Part shown: positions 1-9,743 of the stretch, in pieces
How the letters are laid out: every line of letters starts with the position of its first letter
How positions within the stretch are numbered: position 1 is the first letter of the stretch
Assembly: GCA_002482725.1 (NCBI GenBank)
Contig: DLGO01000067.1
Location: 1 to 40,213 of the forward strand
Direction of reading: 5' to 3'
Length of the DNA stretch: 40,213 bases
DNA from: Bacteroidetes bacterium UBA7692
GTDB taxonomy: Bacteria; Bacteroidota; Bacteroidia; Chitinophagales; LD1
Translations under genes and position numbers: made by a program
The notes under the pieces: generated by a model
What the model saw: only the letters and a program-made list of their open reading frames with translations
What the model was told of the DNA's origin: nothing
Database searches by the model: none

Positions 1-422
1 AACCACCACTGGCACTCTTCGGTAGAGTCTATATGGCCGGAGAATACAAGGGTAGAGGTAGCTTCTCCGCTTGGCTCTATAGTTGCTGTTACGTTGGCCG
101 ATTCCTGTATGGGGAACAGGAAATCCAGCACAGTATTGTTGCGCATCAGGTCGTTGTAGGTCACCACGGCATTTAGTATGGCCAGAGCCAATGCTGCATA
201 TGGGTTAAAGAAAAATACAGCAACGCTTAACCAGTAAAGTCCTGCATATATCTTCATTTTCCTGAACTTGGCCCCAAGGGCAGCCTTGAAGGGCTGAAAG
301 CTGACATTGCTGCCAAATTTTTCAAGTTCGCTTTTTACAAACAACTGCGCGCCTTTTTCGGCTTCGCTGCCTGCCAGGCGTGGTCCGTAGGTGGTTATAA
401 TGGTATCGATGAACTGTATCAA
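1..422 (-). CDS. M28-family peptidase-like protein (3'-truncated by window edge; start uncertain)
   Basis: Open minus-strand frame from 500 down to position 1. The translation ...YGPRLAGSEAEKGAQLFVKSELEKFG...NVTATIEPSGEATSTLVFSGHIDS resembles the M28 aminopeptidase N-region and the xHxDS metal-binding motif. The only in-frame start before the conserved block is TTG at 422-420, which overlaps the upstream TGA (TTGA). There is no signal peptide. Confidence 0.4.
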   Translation of the reverse strand, partial: MIQFIDTIITTYGPRLAGSEAEKGAQLFVKSELEKFGSNVSFQPFKAALGAKFRKMKIYAGLYWLSVAVFFFNPYAALALAILNAVVTYNDLMRNNTVLDFLFPIQESANVTATIEPSGEATSTLVFSGHIDSTEECQWW

Positions 423-871
423 GGCTTGTATCTGTTTGAAGTGTTGTAAAGAAGCACAAGGAATAGGCCAAACAGCATCCAGAATGGTGTGTAGGCCAGG
501 TTAATATATCCATGTATGGCATACTGGCTGTGGTACTCCCACGGGCAGGCACCCGTAAGCTTATCCAGTATAAAGCCGGTAACATACTCTACGGCAAATA
601 TGCTTACTGCAAAAAATATCAGCTGGAGTATGATATGGTATCCTTTGACTTTAGGGTAAAAGAAGTTCATCAGGAAATAGGCCGGGCCATATATAAACGC
701 CATCCACACATAGCTCTGCCCTTTCAGTTGCCAGCTAAAGCTGCCGCCCTCTGCCACCGCAAAGTAGTTGTCGAAGAATGCGGTGAATATGATTTCGGTA
801 AAAACGCCTGTGGTAGCGAACAAAAAGTAGCCGAAAAGCCACTTTGGTATGTAGAAATTATCCAATGACAT
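419..871 (-). CDS. small polytopic membrane protein, DUF1113/CmpB-like (putative ABC-transporter type IV family)
   Basis: 150-aa ORF with 4-5 hydrophobic segments. Motifs FIYGPAYF and EYVTG...CPWEYHSQY resemble the PF06541-type P.YG / EY..G...WDYS pattern. Confidence 0.5.
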   Translation of the reverse strand: MSLDNFYIPKWLFGYFLFATTGVFTEIIFTAFFDNYFAVAEGGSFSWQLKGQSYVWMAFIYGPAYFLMNFFYPKVKGYHIILQLIFFAVSIFAVEYVTGFILDKLTGACPWEYHSQYAIHGYINLAYTPFWMLFGLFLVLLYNTSNRYKP

Positions 872-963
872 AAGCCGGGGAATTGAGCTACGATATTAAC
901 TAAAATGCCATGAACCGTAACCTAATTAATACAGGAACGTATATTCCTGCACATTTCAACAAA

Positions 964-1506
964 ATGAAAAAAATCCTCATGTCATTGTTGTTGATTGCCT
1001 TTGTTATGTCATCCGGTGCCACTGCATACCGCAAGTGTCCACCAGGCAATGACTTCGACAAGGTGGTCAGCTACTTCAGCAACCTTTCCCTCAGCGTCAA
1101 AAAGGCGGATAATCCTTCGTTGTACTACGAAATATTCAAATGGATAGGCACAGGCTACCGCTGGGGTGGCAGCAGCAAAACAGGTGCTGATTGCTCTGGT
1201 TTTGTACGCACCATTTACGAAGGCGTTTACGGAAAACTGTTTCCCGGAACATCGCGCAGCTTCTTCGACAATTGCCGCGAGGTGCCATCGGATGCTATTG
1301 CCGAGGGCGACCTGGTTTTCTTTCGTATCAACTCATCTCAGATAACCCACGTAGGCATATACCTGCAATACGGCAAGTTTGCCCATGCCAGCACTTCCAA
1401 AGGCGTCATTATCTCCGACCTCAGCGACCCTTATTTTCATAAGTATTTCTACAAAGCTGCCCGCTATGACCTGCTTACTGTAGGGCTGAATGAAAAGGAG
1501 AATTAA
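964..1506 (+). CDS. NlpC/P60 (C40) family cell-wall hydrolase, secreted
   Basis: Signal peptide MKKILMSLLLIAFVMSSGATA. The catalytic Cys motif YRWGGSSKTGADCSGFVRTIY and a downstream His (ITHVGIYLQ) are present. ATG at 964 chosen over 910 because it yields the signal peptide. Confidence 0.85.
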   Translation: MKKILMSLLLIAFVMSSGATAYRKCPPGNDFDKVVSYFSNLSLSVKKADNPSLYYEIFKWIGTGYRWGGSSKTGADCSGFVRTIYEGVYGKLFPGTSRSFFDNCREVPSDAIAEGDLVFFRINSSQITHVGIYLQYGKFAHASTSKGVIISDLSDPYFHKYFYKAARYDLLTVGLNEKEN

Positions 1507-1602
1507 AGACCTTTTATAAATCATGTATTTGTTTGGAAGATTTAATGAATAATTGTTTGGCTAACCCTTAATTTAGCCGCTCAATTAACAAGTAATCGTT
1601 TT

Positions 1603-2967
1603 ATGCAAATTATAAATCCTGCAACTGAAAAAGTAATTGCAGACCTGAAAGAAGACTCCACCACTACCCTGGAACATAAATTACGCCTTTTACAATTCGG
1701 CCAGGTTAAATGGGCAGCAGTACCATTGACCGAAAGGATTGCAGTGATGAAAAGATTCTCTGCCCTGCTGGAAGAGCATACCGAAACCTTGGCTGCCATA
1801 CTTACTTCTGAAGTAGGCAAACCGCTTCAGCAATCGCGCAACGAAATAAATGGTGCCCGTGCACGTATCAAATGGCTGAAAGACCACGCAGTAAAATACC
1901 TTTCTGACGAAGAGATGTATGCTGACGAAAAGATAAGCGAGGTAATCAGCTACGAGCCACTTGGTGTGGTGTGCAACATCTCTGCGTGGAACTACCCCTT
2001 CCTGGTTGGTGTAAACGTATTTGTACCGGCATTGCTTGCGGGTAATGCGGTTATGTACAAGCCATCTGAGCATGCTACCCTTACTGGTATAGAAATAGAA
2101 AAATACCTGAAACAGGCAGGTGTACCCGACGATGTATTCCACGTAGCAGTGGGTGCAGGCAAGGTGGGTAAAGCTTTGCTTGAGCTTCCTTTCGATGGAT
2201 ACTATTTCACAGGTTCATACAAAACTGGTAAGCATATATACGAGGCCGTAGCCCACAAAATGGTTCCTTGCCAGCTGGAGCTTGGTGGCAAAGATCCTTT
2301 GTATGTGGCAAACGACGTTACAGATATTAAGAGTGTGGTGGCCGGAACGGCGGATGGCGCCTTCTACAACAACGGTCAAAGCTGTTGCTCTGTGGAGCGC
2401 ATATATGTGCATGAAGATATTTACGAAGAGTACGTAAAGGAATTTGAAAAAGAAGTGAAATCGTGGAAAGTAGGAAAGCCTACGGACGAAGGAGTATATA
2501 TTACTGTACTGACCCGCGAGGAGCAGATAGGCGTGTTGGAAGCCCAGGTGAAAGATGCCATACACAAAGGTGCTGTATTGCTTACAGGAGGCAAACGCCT
2601 GGACCAGCCCGGATACTACTTCCAGCCTACGGTTATCCGCGATGCGCAAAACGATATGCTGGTAATGCAGGAAGAGAGCTTTGGCCCTATCATAGGTATT
2701 GCCAAGGTAAAGGACGATGCAGAGGCTATAAAACTAATGAACGATACCGCTTATGGATTAACGGCTGCGGTATATACAGCAGATAAAGAACGTGCAGATG
2801 CTATACTGGCAAATGTAAACAGCGGCACAGGCTACTGGAACTGCTGCGACCGTGTAAGCGCTGCTTTGCCATGGAGCGGCAGAAAGCATTCGGGCTTTGG
2901 CTCTACGCTTTCGCACTCAGGCTTGCGTGCTTTCACCAAAACTAAATCACTCCACCTCAGGAAATAA
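1603..2967 (+). CDS. aldehyde dehydrogenase family protein (NAD(P)+)
   Basis: 454 aa. ALDH glutamate box ELGGKDP and catalytic Cys box GQSCCSVERIYV are both present. Confidence 0.85.
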   Translation: MQIINPATEKVIADLKEDSTTTLEHKLRLLQFGQVKWAAVPLTERIAVMKRFSALLEEHTETLAAILTSEVGKPLQQSRNEINGARARIKWLKDHAVKYLSDEEMYADEKISEVISYEPLGVVCNISAWNYPFLVGVNVFVPALLAGNAVMYKPSEHATLTGIEIEKYLKQAGVPDDVFHVAVGAGKVGKALLELPFDGYYFTGSYKTGKHIYEAVAHKMVPCQLELGGKDPLYVANDVTDIKSVVAGTADGAFYNNGQSCCSVERIYVHEDIYEEYVKEFEKEVKSWKVGKPTDEGVYITVLTREEQIGVLEAQVKDAIHKGAVLLTGGKRLDQPGYYFQPTVIRDAQNDMLVMQEESFGPIIGIAKVKDDAEAIKLMNDTAYGLTAAVYTADKERADAILANVNSGTGYWNCCDRVSAALPWSGRKHSGFGSTLSHSGLRAFTKTKSLHLRK

Positions 2968-2976
2968 TACTGGCTT

Positions 2977-4332
2977 ATGCAAAAGGACATCTCTATAGTT
3001 GGTGCAGGGCTTGTTGGCTCTTTACTGGCCTGTTATATGGCTAAGAGAGGGCATAAGGTAAATGTATATGAGCGTAGGCCCGACATGCGCAAAGCAGGTT
3101 ACATCGGCGGCCGCTCTATCAACCTGGCACTGAGCGAAAGGGGATGGGCTGCCTTGGATAAGATAGGACTGCGACAGCAAATAGAGGCTATAGGCATACC
3201 CATGTATGGCCGGGTGATACATCAGGCAGATGGCGATACCATGTTCCAGCCTTATGGCAAGGACAACCAGGCCATATACAGCGTTAGCCGTGGCGCGCTG
3301 AACGAAACCCTGGTGAACCTGGCAGAACAGCATGATAAAGTGCAGATACACTTTAACCATACCTGCACAGATGCGGAATTTGCTACTGATAAACTGGAGT
3401 TTCTGAATACGGAAAATGGTAGTAAGCTTGAGGTGAAATCTGATGTGGTATTGGCTACCGATGGTGCTTTCAGTGAAGTGCGCTTCAAAATGCAGCGCAC
3501 AGGTCAGTTCAATCTGAGCCAGCAGTATGAGAACTACGGTTATAAAGAATTACACATTCCTGCAAATGCAGATGGTAGTTTTGCTATAGAAAAGAATGCG
3601 CTTCATATCTGGCCGCGCCAGAGTTTTATGATGATTGCATTGCCTAACCCGGATGGCAGCTTTACCTGTACTTTGTTTGCTCCCTACCAAGGCGAAAACT
3701 CACTGGCTGAGTTAACCTCTGCAGAAGCGGTAGATATTTACTTTAAAAAGTTTTTTGCAGATGTAATTCCCTTAATGCCTGATTTGCAGCATGATTTTTT
3801 CAGCAACCCCACAGGCTCATTGGTTACGGTTAAGTGTTTCCCATGGAAGCGCAATAATACCTGCCTGATAGGTGATGCAGCCCATGCCATAGTGCCGTTT
3901 TACGGGCAGGGCATGAACTGTGGCTTTGAAGATGTGCGCGAACTGGATGAGCTATTGGGTTCGGAAGAGAACTGGGATGCTGCACTTACGGCATTCGAAA
4001 AACAACGCAAGCCAAATACAGACGCTATAGCAGATTTGGCACTATATAACTTTATAGAAATGCGCGATTTAAGCGGAAGGGACGATTTTCAGCTTCGCCT
4101 GAAAATAGAAAAACACATTGCTGCAGCTTTTCCTGACAAATTTATGACACTATACAGCATGGTGACATTCAACCAAACACCCTACTTTACAGCTCTTAAC
4201 AAGGGAAAGGAACAAAGTGTATTGCTGGATAGGATAATGGCGTTGCCGGATATTGAAGATAAATGGCAGGGAGAGGAGGTGTTGGCTATGGCAAAAGATT
4301 GGCTGGAAAATACAGCGGCCGCTAAAAATTAA
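2977..4332 (+). CDS. kmo: kynurenine 3-monooxygenase (FAD-dependent)
   Basis: N-terminal FAD fold IVGAGLVGSLLACYMAKRG. KMO-specific blocks RSINLALSERG, GYKELHIP...NALHIWPR, GDAAHAIVPFYGQGMNCGFEDV and YSMVTFNQTPY are present. Length 451 aa. Confidence 0.85.
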   Translation: MQKDISIVGAGLVGSLLACYMAKRGHKVNVYERRPDMRKAGYIGGRSINLALSERGWAALDKIGLRQQIEAIGIPMYGRVIHQADGDTMFQPYGKDNQAIYSVSRGALNETLVNLAEQHDKVQIHFNHTCTDAEFATDKLEFLNTENGSKLEVKSDVVLATDGAFSEVRFKMQRTGQFNLSQQYENYGYKELHIPANADGSFAIEKNALHIWPRQSFMMIALPNPDGSFTCTLFAPYQGENSLAELTSAEAVDIYFKKFFADVIPLMPDLQHDFFSNPTGSLVTVKCFPWKRNNTCLIGDAAHAIVPFYGQGMNCGFEDVRELDELLGSEENWDAALTAFEKQRKPNTDAIADLALYNFIEMRDLSGRDDFQLRLKIEKHIAAAFPDKFMTLYSMVTFNQTPYFTALNKGKEQSVLLDRIMALPDIEDKWQGEEVLAMAKDWLENTAAAKN

Positions 4333-4342
4333 AATAAAGAGG

Positions 4343-6421
4343 ATGAAACCATACCTGTTATTGCTTGTCTGCATCTTAGGTTTAAATAAGCTTCACGCAC
4401 AGTTTAAAGATAGCAGGCTGCAGCACCAGATATTGGTGATGCTTCAACCACAGGCGTCGCTGGATGAGTTTACCTCTGTATCGGGCAATGTGGTATTGAA
4501 GGAAGTATTATCGCCCAGTATGAAAATCTATCTTTTGGAAAAGAAAGACGGAGGGGTATTTTCTGAAGAACAACTAGGGTCATTCAATAGTATAAAAGCG
4601 GTAAAATACGTTCAGCATAATCATGGCGTTAAAAATAGAAGCCTGATACCAAACGATCCTAATTTTGGCAACCAATGGAATATGCTCAATACGGGGCAAA
4701 CCGGAGGCTTTGCCGGTGCCGATATTGAGGCTACCCGTGCCTGGGAAGTAAATAGCAGTAACCTGACAAAATCCGGTGATACAATAGTGGTAGCCGTAAT
4801 TGATGATTACTTTGATACTACGCATGTAGACCTGAACTTCTATACCAACCCGCACGAAATAGCAGGTGATAGTATAGATAATGATGGCAATGGGTACATA
4901 GATGATATCCGTGGTTGGAATGCCTATGATAATAATGCTAATGTGCAGAATACCAGCTTTGCCAATCACCCAAACCACGTTTCGGGTATAGTTGGTGCAA
5001 AGGGAAATAAAAGGCAGGGAGTGGCAGGTGTATGCTGGGGTGTCAAAATTCTTCCTGTGGCCGGTTCCTCTGAGGTTGAGTCAGATGTAGTAAAGGCTTA
5101 TGCCTATGTAATAGCTATGCGTAAGCTGTACAATGAAACCAATGGAGCTAAAGGTGCATTTATCGTGGCGTCCAATTCATCTTTCGGCACAGACTATGGC
5201 AAGCCGGCAGATTTTCCAATATGGTGTGCGCTATACGATTCTATGGGTGCGCAGGGAATCATTTCTGCTACTTCTACTGCCAACCTGAACATAAACGTAG
5301 ATAATGCGGGAGATATACCTACCACCTGCCCCAGCAAATGGATGGTTGCCGTTAACTCAACAGAGTCGCACGACTACCGTACAGGTGCGGGGTATGGGGT
5401 TATCAGTATAGACATGGGCGCTCCGGGTCAGGGTATCTATTCTACCGTTGCTAATAATAACTACAGCCCCCTGACAGGCACTTCTATGGCTTCGCCCCAT
5501 GTAGCCGGAACCATAGCAGCTATGTTTGCGGAGGCCTGCCCAAGGTTTGTAAATGCTTATAAGGCATCTCCCGATACTATGGCACTGCTTATGCGCGATT
5601 GGCTTTTGGCTGGCGCAGAGGTAGTTCCAAGGTTAAAAGGGTACACAGCAACAGGTGGCAGGGTAAATCTATACCGCTCTATAATGAACACACACCAGTA
5701 CAATTGCGATAGTTGCAGCTTTTCTGTAGATGCTGCAAAGCAAAATATCACCTGCAATAAGGCAAATGATGGGGCTATAAGCCTTGCTTTAACTCCTGCA
5801 ACAGCCTACCAATACATGTGGAGCGATACCAACAGCAGTACTTCACGTACAGGATTGAAGCCGGGATACTACGGGGTAAGTGTTACAGATACTGCTAACT
5901 GCAGCCAGCAGGTTTTCCTGTCAATCGATGAGCCGGATACTATTATAGTTTCAGGTTTTCAGTTAGTTGGTAGCGGTTCTACGCGCAACCTGATAGTAAA
6001 TGCAACTGCCGGGTTAGAAGCACTTACGTATTCATTGGACGACAGCGTTTACCAAAGCAGCAACATATTTGTTGTAGGGGATATGACCAGTTTTACCATC
6101 TACATTAAGAACAGCAGTGGTTGCGTGGTGGTTAAAAATTATGTGGTGTTTGGAGTAAAGGATGCTGAAGTGGTTGGAGATATAGCTGTTTTTCCCAATC
6201 CGGCCAACGGACTTATAAATTTAAAAATAAATATGTTTCGTTCTCAGGACTTGAATACCAACATCCTGGATATGCTGGGCAGGGTTGTACTACAGGAAAA
6301 AGTAGTATCTAAAGCTGGGGAGCAGGTGTATAGTTTTAATGTCACCCAATTGCCGGATGGCTTATATGCGCTACACATTCAGGAGTTGGGCTATTCCACC
6401 AAAATCCTGGTAAAGCATTAG
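4343..6421 (+). CDS. S8 subtilisin-like serine peptidase with T9SS C-terminal sorting domain
   Basis: Signal peptide MKPYLLLLVCILGLNKLHAQ, with the ATG 10 nt after the kmo stop. Asp box VAVIDDYFD, His box NHVSGIVGA and Ser box GTSMASPHVAG are present. The C-terminus FPNPANGLINLKI...GLYALHIQ...ILVKH is a T9SS CTD. Confidence 0.85.
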   Translation: MKPYLLLLVCILGLNKLHAQFKDSRLQHQILVMLQPQASLDEFTSVSGNVVLKEVLSPSMKIYLLEKKDGGVFSEEQLGSFNSIKAVKYVQHNHGVKNRSLIPNDPNFGNQWNMLNTGQTGGFAGADIEATRAWEVNSSNLTKSGDTIVVAVIDDYFDTTHVDLNFYTNPHEIAGDSIDNDGNGYIDDIRGWNAYDNNANVQNTSFANHPNHVSGIVGAKGNKRQGVAGVCWGVKILPVAGSSEVESDVVKAYAYVIAMRKLYNETNGAKGAFIVASNSSFGTDYGKPADFPIWCALYDSMGAQGIISATSTANLNINVDNAGDIPTTCPSKWMVAVNSTESHDYRTGAGYGVISIDMGAPGQGIYSTVANNNYSPLTGTSMASPHVAGTIAAMFAEACPRFVNAYKASPDTMALLMRDWLLAGAEVVPRLKGYTATGGRVNLYRSIMNTHQYNCDSCSFSVDAAKQNITCNKANDGAISLALTPATAYQYMWSDTNSSTSRTGLKPGYYGVSVTDTANCSQQVFLSIDEPDTIIVSGFQLVGSGSTRNLIVNATAGLEALTYSLDDSVYQSSNIFVVGDMTSFTIYIKNSSGCVVVKNYVVFGVKDAEVVGDIAVFPNPANGLINLKINMFRSQDLNTNILDMLGRVVLQEKVVSKAGEQVYSFNVTQLPDGLYALHIQELGYSTKILVKH

Positions 6422-6584
6422 GATTTTGACTTATTCACAACTTTTCTCACAATATTATACCTGATTTTAAACTAAGCCTTGATTTCATTCGTTGTGTGTT
6501 TTATATTGCATGAGTGAACGAATTATAGTACATTCGCCACTCTTTTGAAAAAACCTTCGTTTACATAAAATAAATTATCCAATC

Positions 6585-7454
6585 ATGAGGCAACTCAAGA
6601 TTTCTAAGTCTATAACCAACCGTGAAAGCCAGTCTATTGAAAAATATCTTCAGGAGATAGGCAAGGAAGACTTGCTTACACCGGAAGAGGAGGTGGATCT
6701 TGCCCGCAGGATCCGTGCAGGCGATCAATTGGCATTAGAGAAATTGACACGCGCAAATTTGCGTTTCGTGGTATCCGTTGCCAAGCAATATCAGAACAAC
6801 TCACTTTCGCTGAATGACCTTATCAACGAGGGCAACCTTGGTTTGGTTAAGGCTGCTCAGAAATTTGATGAAACACGTGGTTTCAAATTTATATCTTATG
6901 CAGTATGGTGGATCCGTCAGTCTATCATTCAGGCTTTGGCAGAGCACAGCCGTTTGGTTCGTTTGCCTTTGAACAAAGTAGGATCGCTTACTAAGATAAA
7001 CAAAGCATTTTCTGACCTGGAGCAAAAATTCCAGCGTGAGCCTACACCTGAGGAGTTGGCCGAAATACTGGAGATAACAATAGAGGAAGTAGAGGCTACC
7101 CTTGGTATCTCTGCCCGCCACGTATCTATGGATGCGCCTTTCACCGATGGTGAATCGAATGCATTGATAGACGTGTTGGAAAATCCTAACGCAGATAAAA
7201 CCGACTCGCACCTGGATTACAAAGAGAGCTTGCGCCAGGAAACTGAGCGTACCCTTTCTTCGCTTACCGACAGGGAGAGGGAAGTTATCAAACGTTTCTT
7301 TGGTATAGGTGTAGAGCACCCGCAAACATTGGAAGATATAGGCGAAGAGCTTGGTATCACCCGCGAGCGTATACGCCAGATCAAAGACAAGGCAATTACC
7401 AAATTGCGTTCTCAGAGCCGTAGCAAATCATTGAAAGCATATCTTGGCCAATAA
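6585..7454 (+). CDS. rpoD: RNA polymerase primary sigma factor (short Bacteroidetes SigA, no region 1.1)
   Basis: 289 aa with regions 1.2-4.2. Contains [39 protein letters not shown] and a C-terminal region-4 [31 protein letters not shown]. Confidence 0.9.
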   Translation: MRQLKISKSITNRESQSIEKYLQEIGKEDLLTPEEEVDLARRIRAGDQLALEKLTRANLRFVVSVAKQYQNNSLSLNDLINEGNLGLVKAAQKFDETRGFKFISYAVWWIRQSIIQALAEHSRLVRLPLNKVGSLTKINKAFSDLEQKFQREPTPEELAEILEITIEEVEATLGISARHVSMDAPFTDGESNALIDVLENPNADKTDSHLDYKESLRQETERTLSSLTDREREVIKRFFGIGVEHPQTLEDIGEELGITRERIRQIKDKAITKLRSQSRSKSLKAYLGQ

Positions 7455-7477
7455 GCCATATGCTCATTCAACATATC

Positions 7478-7512
7478 AAAAGGCACAACGATTTTCGTTG
7501 TGCCTTTTTTGT
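7478..7512 (+). terminator. rho-independent terminator after rpoD (partly bidirectional)
   Basis: AAAAGGCACAACG-ATTTTC-GTTGTGCCTTTTTTG. An 11-bp GC-containing stem is followed by T6, and an A4 run precedes the stem. It sits between convergent rpoD and the 7567..9078 gene. Confidence 0.55.
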
Positions 7513-7566
7513 TTGCGAGCTGCTGTTATCTGTATTTGTAATGCTGCTATATCAGTAGCAGACTTT

Positions 7567-9078
7567 CTATTCAGACTGGGTATCGGTGGTTGCTCCCTCG
7601 TTTAAATATTCGTGAAACTTTTTGCCTGCAATCTTACTATCTACCATGCTTGTCAATATCTGGAAAAGCAACCTGTTCTGGTTCAAAATGGATTTTTGCG
7701 GTAGATCTGTCAACTGTTCCTTAAGTGCTGTTAGCTCTGCAGTATTTTTTATGTCGTTGGACGAAGTGATTTTCAGGAACCTGATCATAATCTGTTCAAA
7801 TTCCCCTTTAAAGTCGTTGCGCAGCAAATAGCGGTTAAAGTTTTGAATGGTATCATTCACCATTTGCTGATTGCCTGTTTCTATCTGGGCAATCAATTCG
7901 TAAAAGTACAGCGCTGCCCGCATATCTACCCTTATGTTAGAGAAGATGTAGTCACTGAACTCCCGCATCATATTCAGTACCTGCTCATACTCACCAAACT
8001 CTGCATATCCGCTTACGCAGGCTATTATAAGGGTGGCCTGCACGTCGGGCTTTATTTTTTCTATATAAAGCTTCAGTAGTTCATGTGCTTCGTTTATTGT
8101 TTGCTTTAAGCCGGCCTTGTCTTTAATAAAGTCATAGTAGGCCATATTGGAGTTGATGATGAATGTGGCGGCTGCTATACGTTCTATTTCGTTGTGTGTT
8201 GTGCAATCGCGTATAGCCTTAATTGCCTTCTCCATCATGTCAGGTTGTTGCAAGATATATCCGTATGTGGCTAATTGCGCGCATAGCGAAAGATAGGCAA
8301 GGTTGCGTTGCTTTTTTACAGCAGGGGTTTTATCCAGCAGGTTAACAATATGTTCAAATGCATCTGCCGCCAGGTCGTATTTGTTTGAAATGGAATAAAA
8401 CTGACCCTTAATAATCCAAAAGTCCAGTTTGGCCTTTACGCTAAGGGCACTTTGCTCCGAAAGCATCAAATCACTATTCATTATTTGTTCAAACTTAGAA
8501 AGCCCTTCGGGAGTTCTAAGGGTAAAACTCTGGTTCAGCAGTTCCATTTGTTCTGATAGCAGTACCTGGTATTCGATATGGTTTTGCTTTTTTGCCGATA
8601 TTTCCTGAAGCAGCCTTATGGTATTCTCCCTATCCTCTTTGTCCACTATTGCGCGCGATTGGAATAGCTGTAGCATCACTTCCAACAGTTCTATATGCTG
8701 TGTAAGGAATTCATTTTCCTCTGCTATATGCAATGCTTTTTTCAGTAGCTTTTTTACTACATCGAATGCCGATTTTTTAACGAACAGGTCTATCTGAATA
8801 ATCAGTTCGTTTACTTCTGCCAGCGGACTTTGCCTTGAATGAAACTGATACGCACTATCCAGCAAAATTTGCCCTAGTTGGTTGCGCACTATAGCTAAGC
8901 TGCCATTGGGTGCAGCTTTTTTAAACCGGGCAGCTATTTTTTCACCGTCCTCCCCATATTTTACCATTAAGCCCAGCAGGGTGCTGACTTGTGTCTTTTT
9001 TCCTTCGCCCGCTAGTTTTTCAACGACTTTCAGCTCTTCCCTGCTCAGGCTCTTTATTATATTTTCTACGGATCCCAT
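7567..9078 (-). CDS. hypothetical all-alpha-helical cytoplasmic protein (503 aa)
   Basis: Long ORF with a clean coding frame, no signal peptide and no recognisable catalytic motif. Amphipathic helical/TPR-like composition. Convergent with rpoD. Confidence 0.55.
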   Translation of the reverse strand: MGSVENIIKSLSREELKVVEKLAGEGKKTQVSTLLGLMVKYGEDGEKIAARFKKAAPNGSLAIVRNQLGQILLDSAYQFHSRQSPLAEVNELIIQIDLFVKKSAFDVVKKLLKKALHIAEENEFLTQHIELLEVMLQLFQSRAIVDKEDRENTIRLLQEISAKKQNHIEYQVLLSEQMELLNQSFTLRTPEGLSKFEQIMNSDLMLSEQSALSVKAKLDFWIIKGQFYSISNKYDLAADAFEHIVNLLDKTPAVKKQRNLAYLSLCAQLATYGYILQQPDMMEKAIKAIRDCTTHNEIERIAAATFIINSNMAYYDFIKDKAGLKQTINEAHELLKLYIEKIKPDVQATLIIACVSGYAEFGEYEQVLNMMREFSDYIFSNIRVDMRAALYFYELIAQIETGNQQMVNDTIQNFNRYLLRNDFKGEFEQIMIRFLKITSSNDIKNTAELTALKEQLTDLPQKSILNQNRLLFQILTSMVDSKIAGKKFHEYLNEGATTDTQSE

Positions 9079-9220
9079 GTGGTTGTAAATTATTGATGGT
9101 TAACTATTTGTGTGCTTATCAGGTATTTTTTGAATTAATAATTATACAAAAATTGAATTGATATTCCTAGGCCATGGAAATATGTTTGTGAAACAGATGG
9201 TAAATAAAAAAATAGAAATT

Positions 9221-9700
9221 ATGAAAAATTCAATGTTACTAGTTGTAATAGCAACACTTATAGGTTTAAATGCCTGTAAAAAGGATGAAGGTACAAGCGG
9301 AAGTAAAGATTATACGCTGGAAATGAAAGTAAATGGCACATTGTGGACGGCTGAAAAAAACCAGGCAGGCTCATATATACCAAGCAGAAAATCCATTTCG
9401 CTTACCGGGCAAAAGGGGGATGAGATCATTTTGCTGAACAGAGATTCAATTACCTCAACAGGAACTTATAATATGCCATCGGGTTCTATTACGGTTCATT
9501 ACATCAAAAACGGTGCTCTTAAAATTTATACTCTATCAAGCTCTAAGCCAAAGTCACATGGCTCTGTAACGCTTTTATCCCTTACCAATAGCCCCTTACC
9601 TGATGGTCAATACCCTGAAGCTAATTTTGACGGAGTGTTGTACGATAGCTTTAATGCGGATTCTATTGTTGTTACCGAAGGTAAATTAAGGTATCAGTAG
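9221..9700 (+). CDS. small lipoprotein (hypothetical)
   Basis: MKNSMLLVVIATLIGLNAC lipobox (LNAC) followed by KKDEG. Start at ATG 9221 rather than 9158 to give the signal peptide. Confidence 0.6.
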   Translation: MKNSMLLVVIATLIGLNACKKDEGTSGSKDYTLEMKVNGTLWTAEKNQAGSYIPSRKSISLTGQKGDEIILLNRDSITSTGTYNMPSGSITVHYIKNGALKIYTLSSSKPKSHGSVTLLSLTNSPLPDGQYPEANFDGVLYDSFNADSIVVTEGKLRYQ

Positions 9701-9743
9701 AGTTTATATCCAATTCATTACCTCTTTAATCAACACAGGCATC

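Noticed and set aside
322-585. ORF 322..585(-), 87 aa
   Set aside because: A third overlapping frame with an Arg/Ser/Thr-rich low-complexity translation. The other two frames carry recognisable CmpB-like and M28-like sequence.
6422-6584. Promoter call for rpoD
   Set aside because: Near matches only (TATATTGC, CTCTTTTG). No exact TAnnTTTG with suitable spacing, so it is not reported as a feature.
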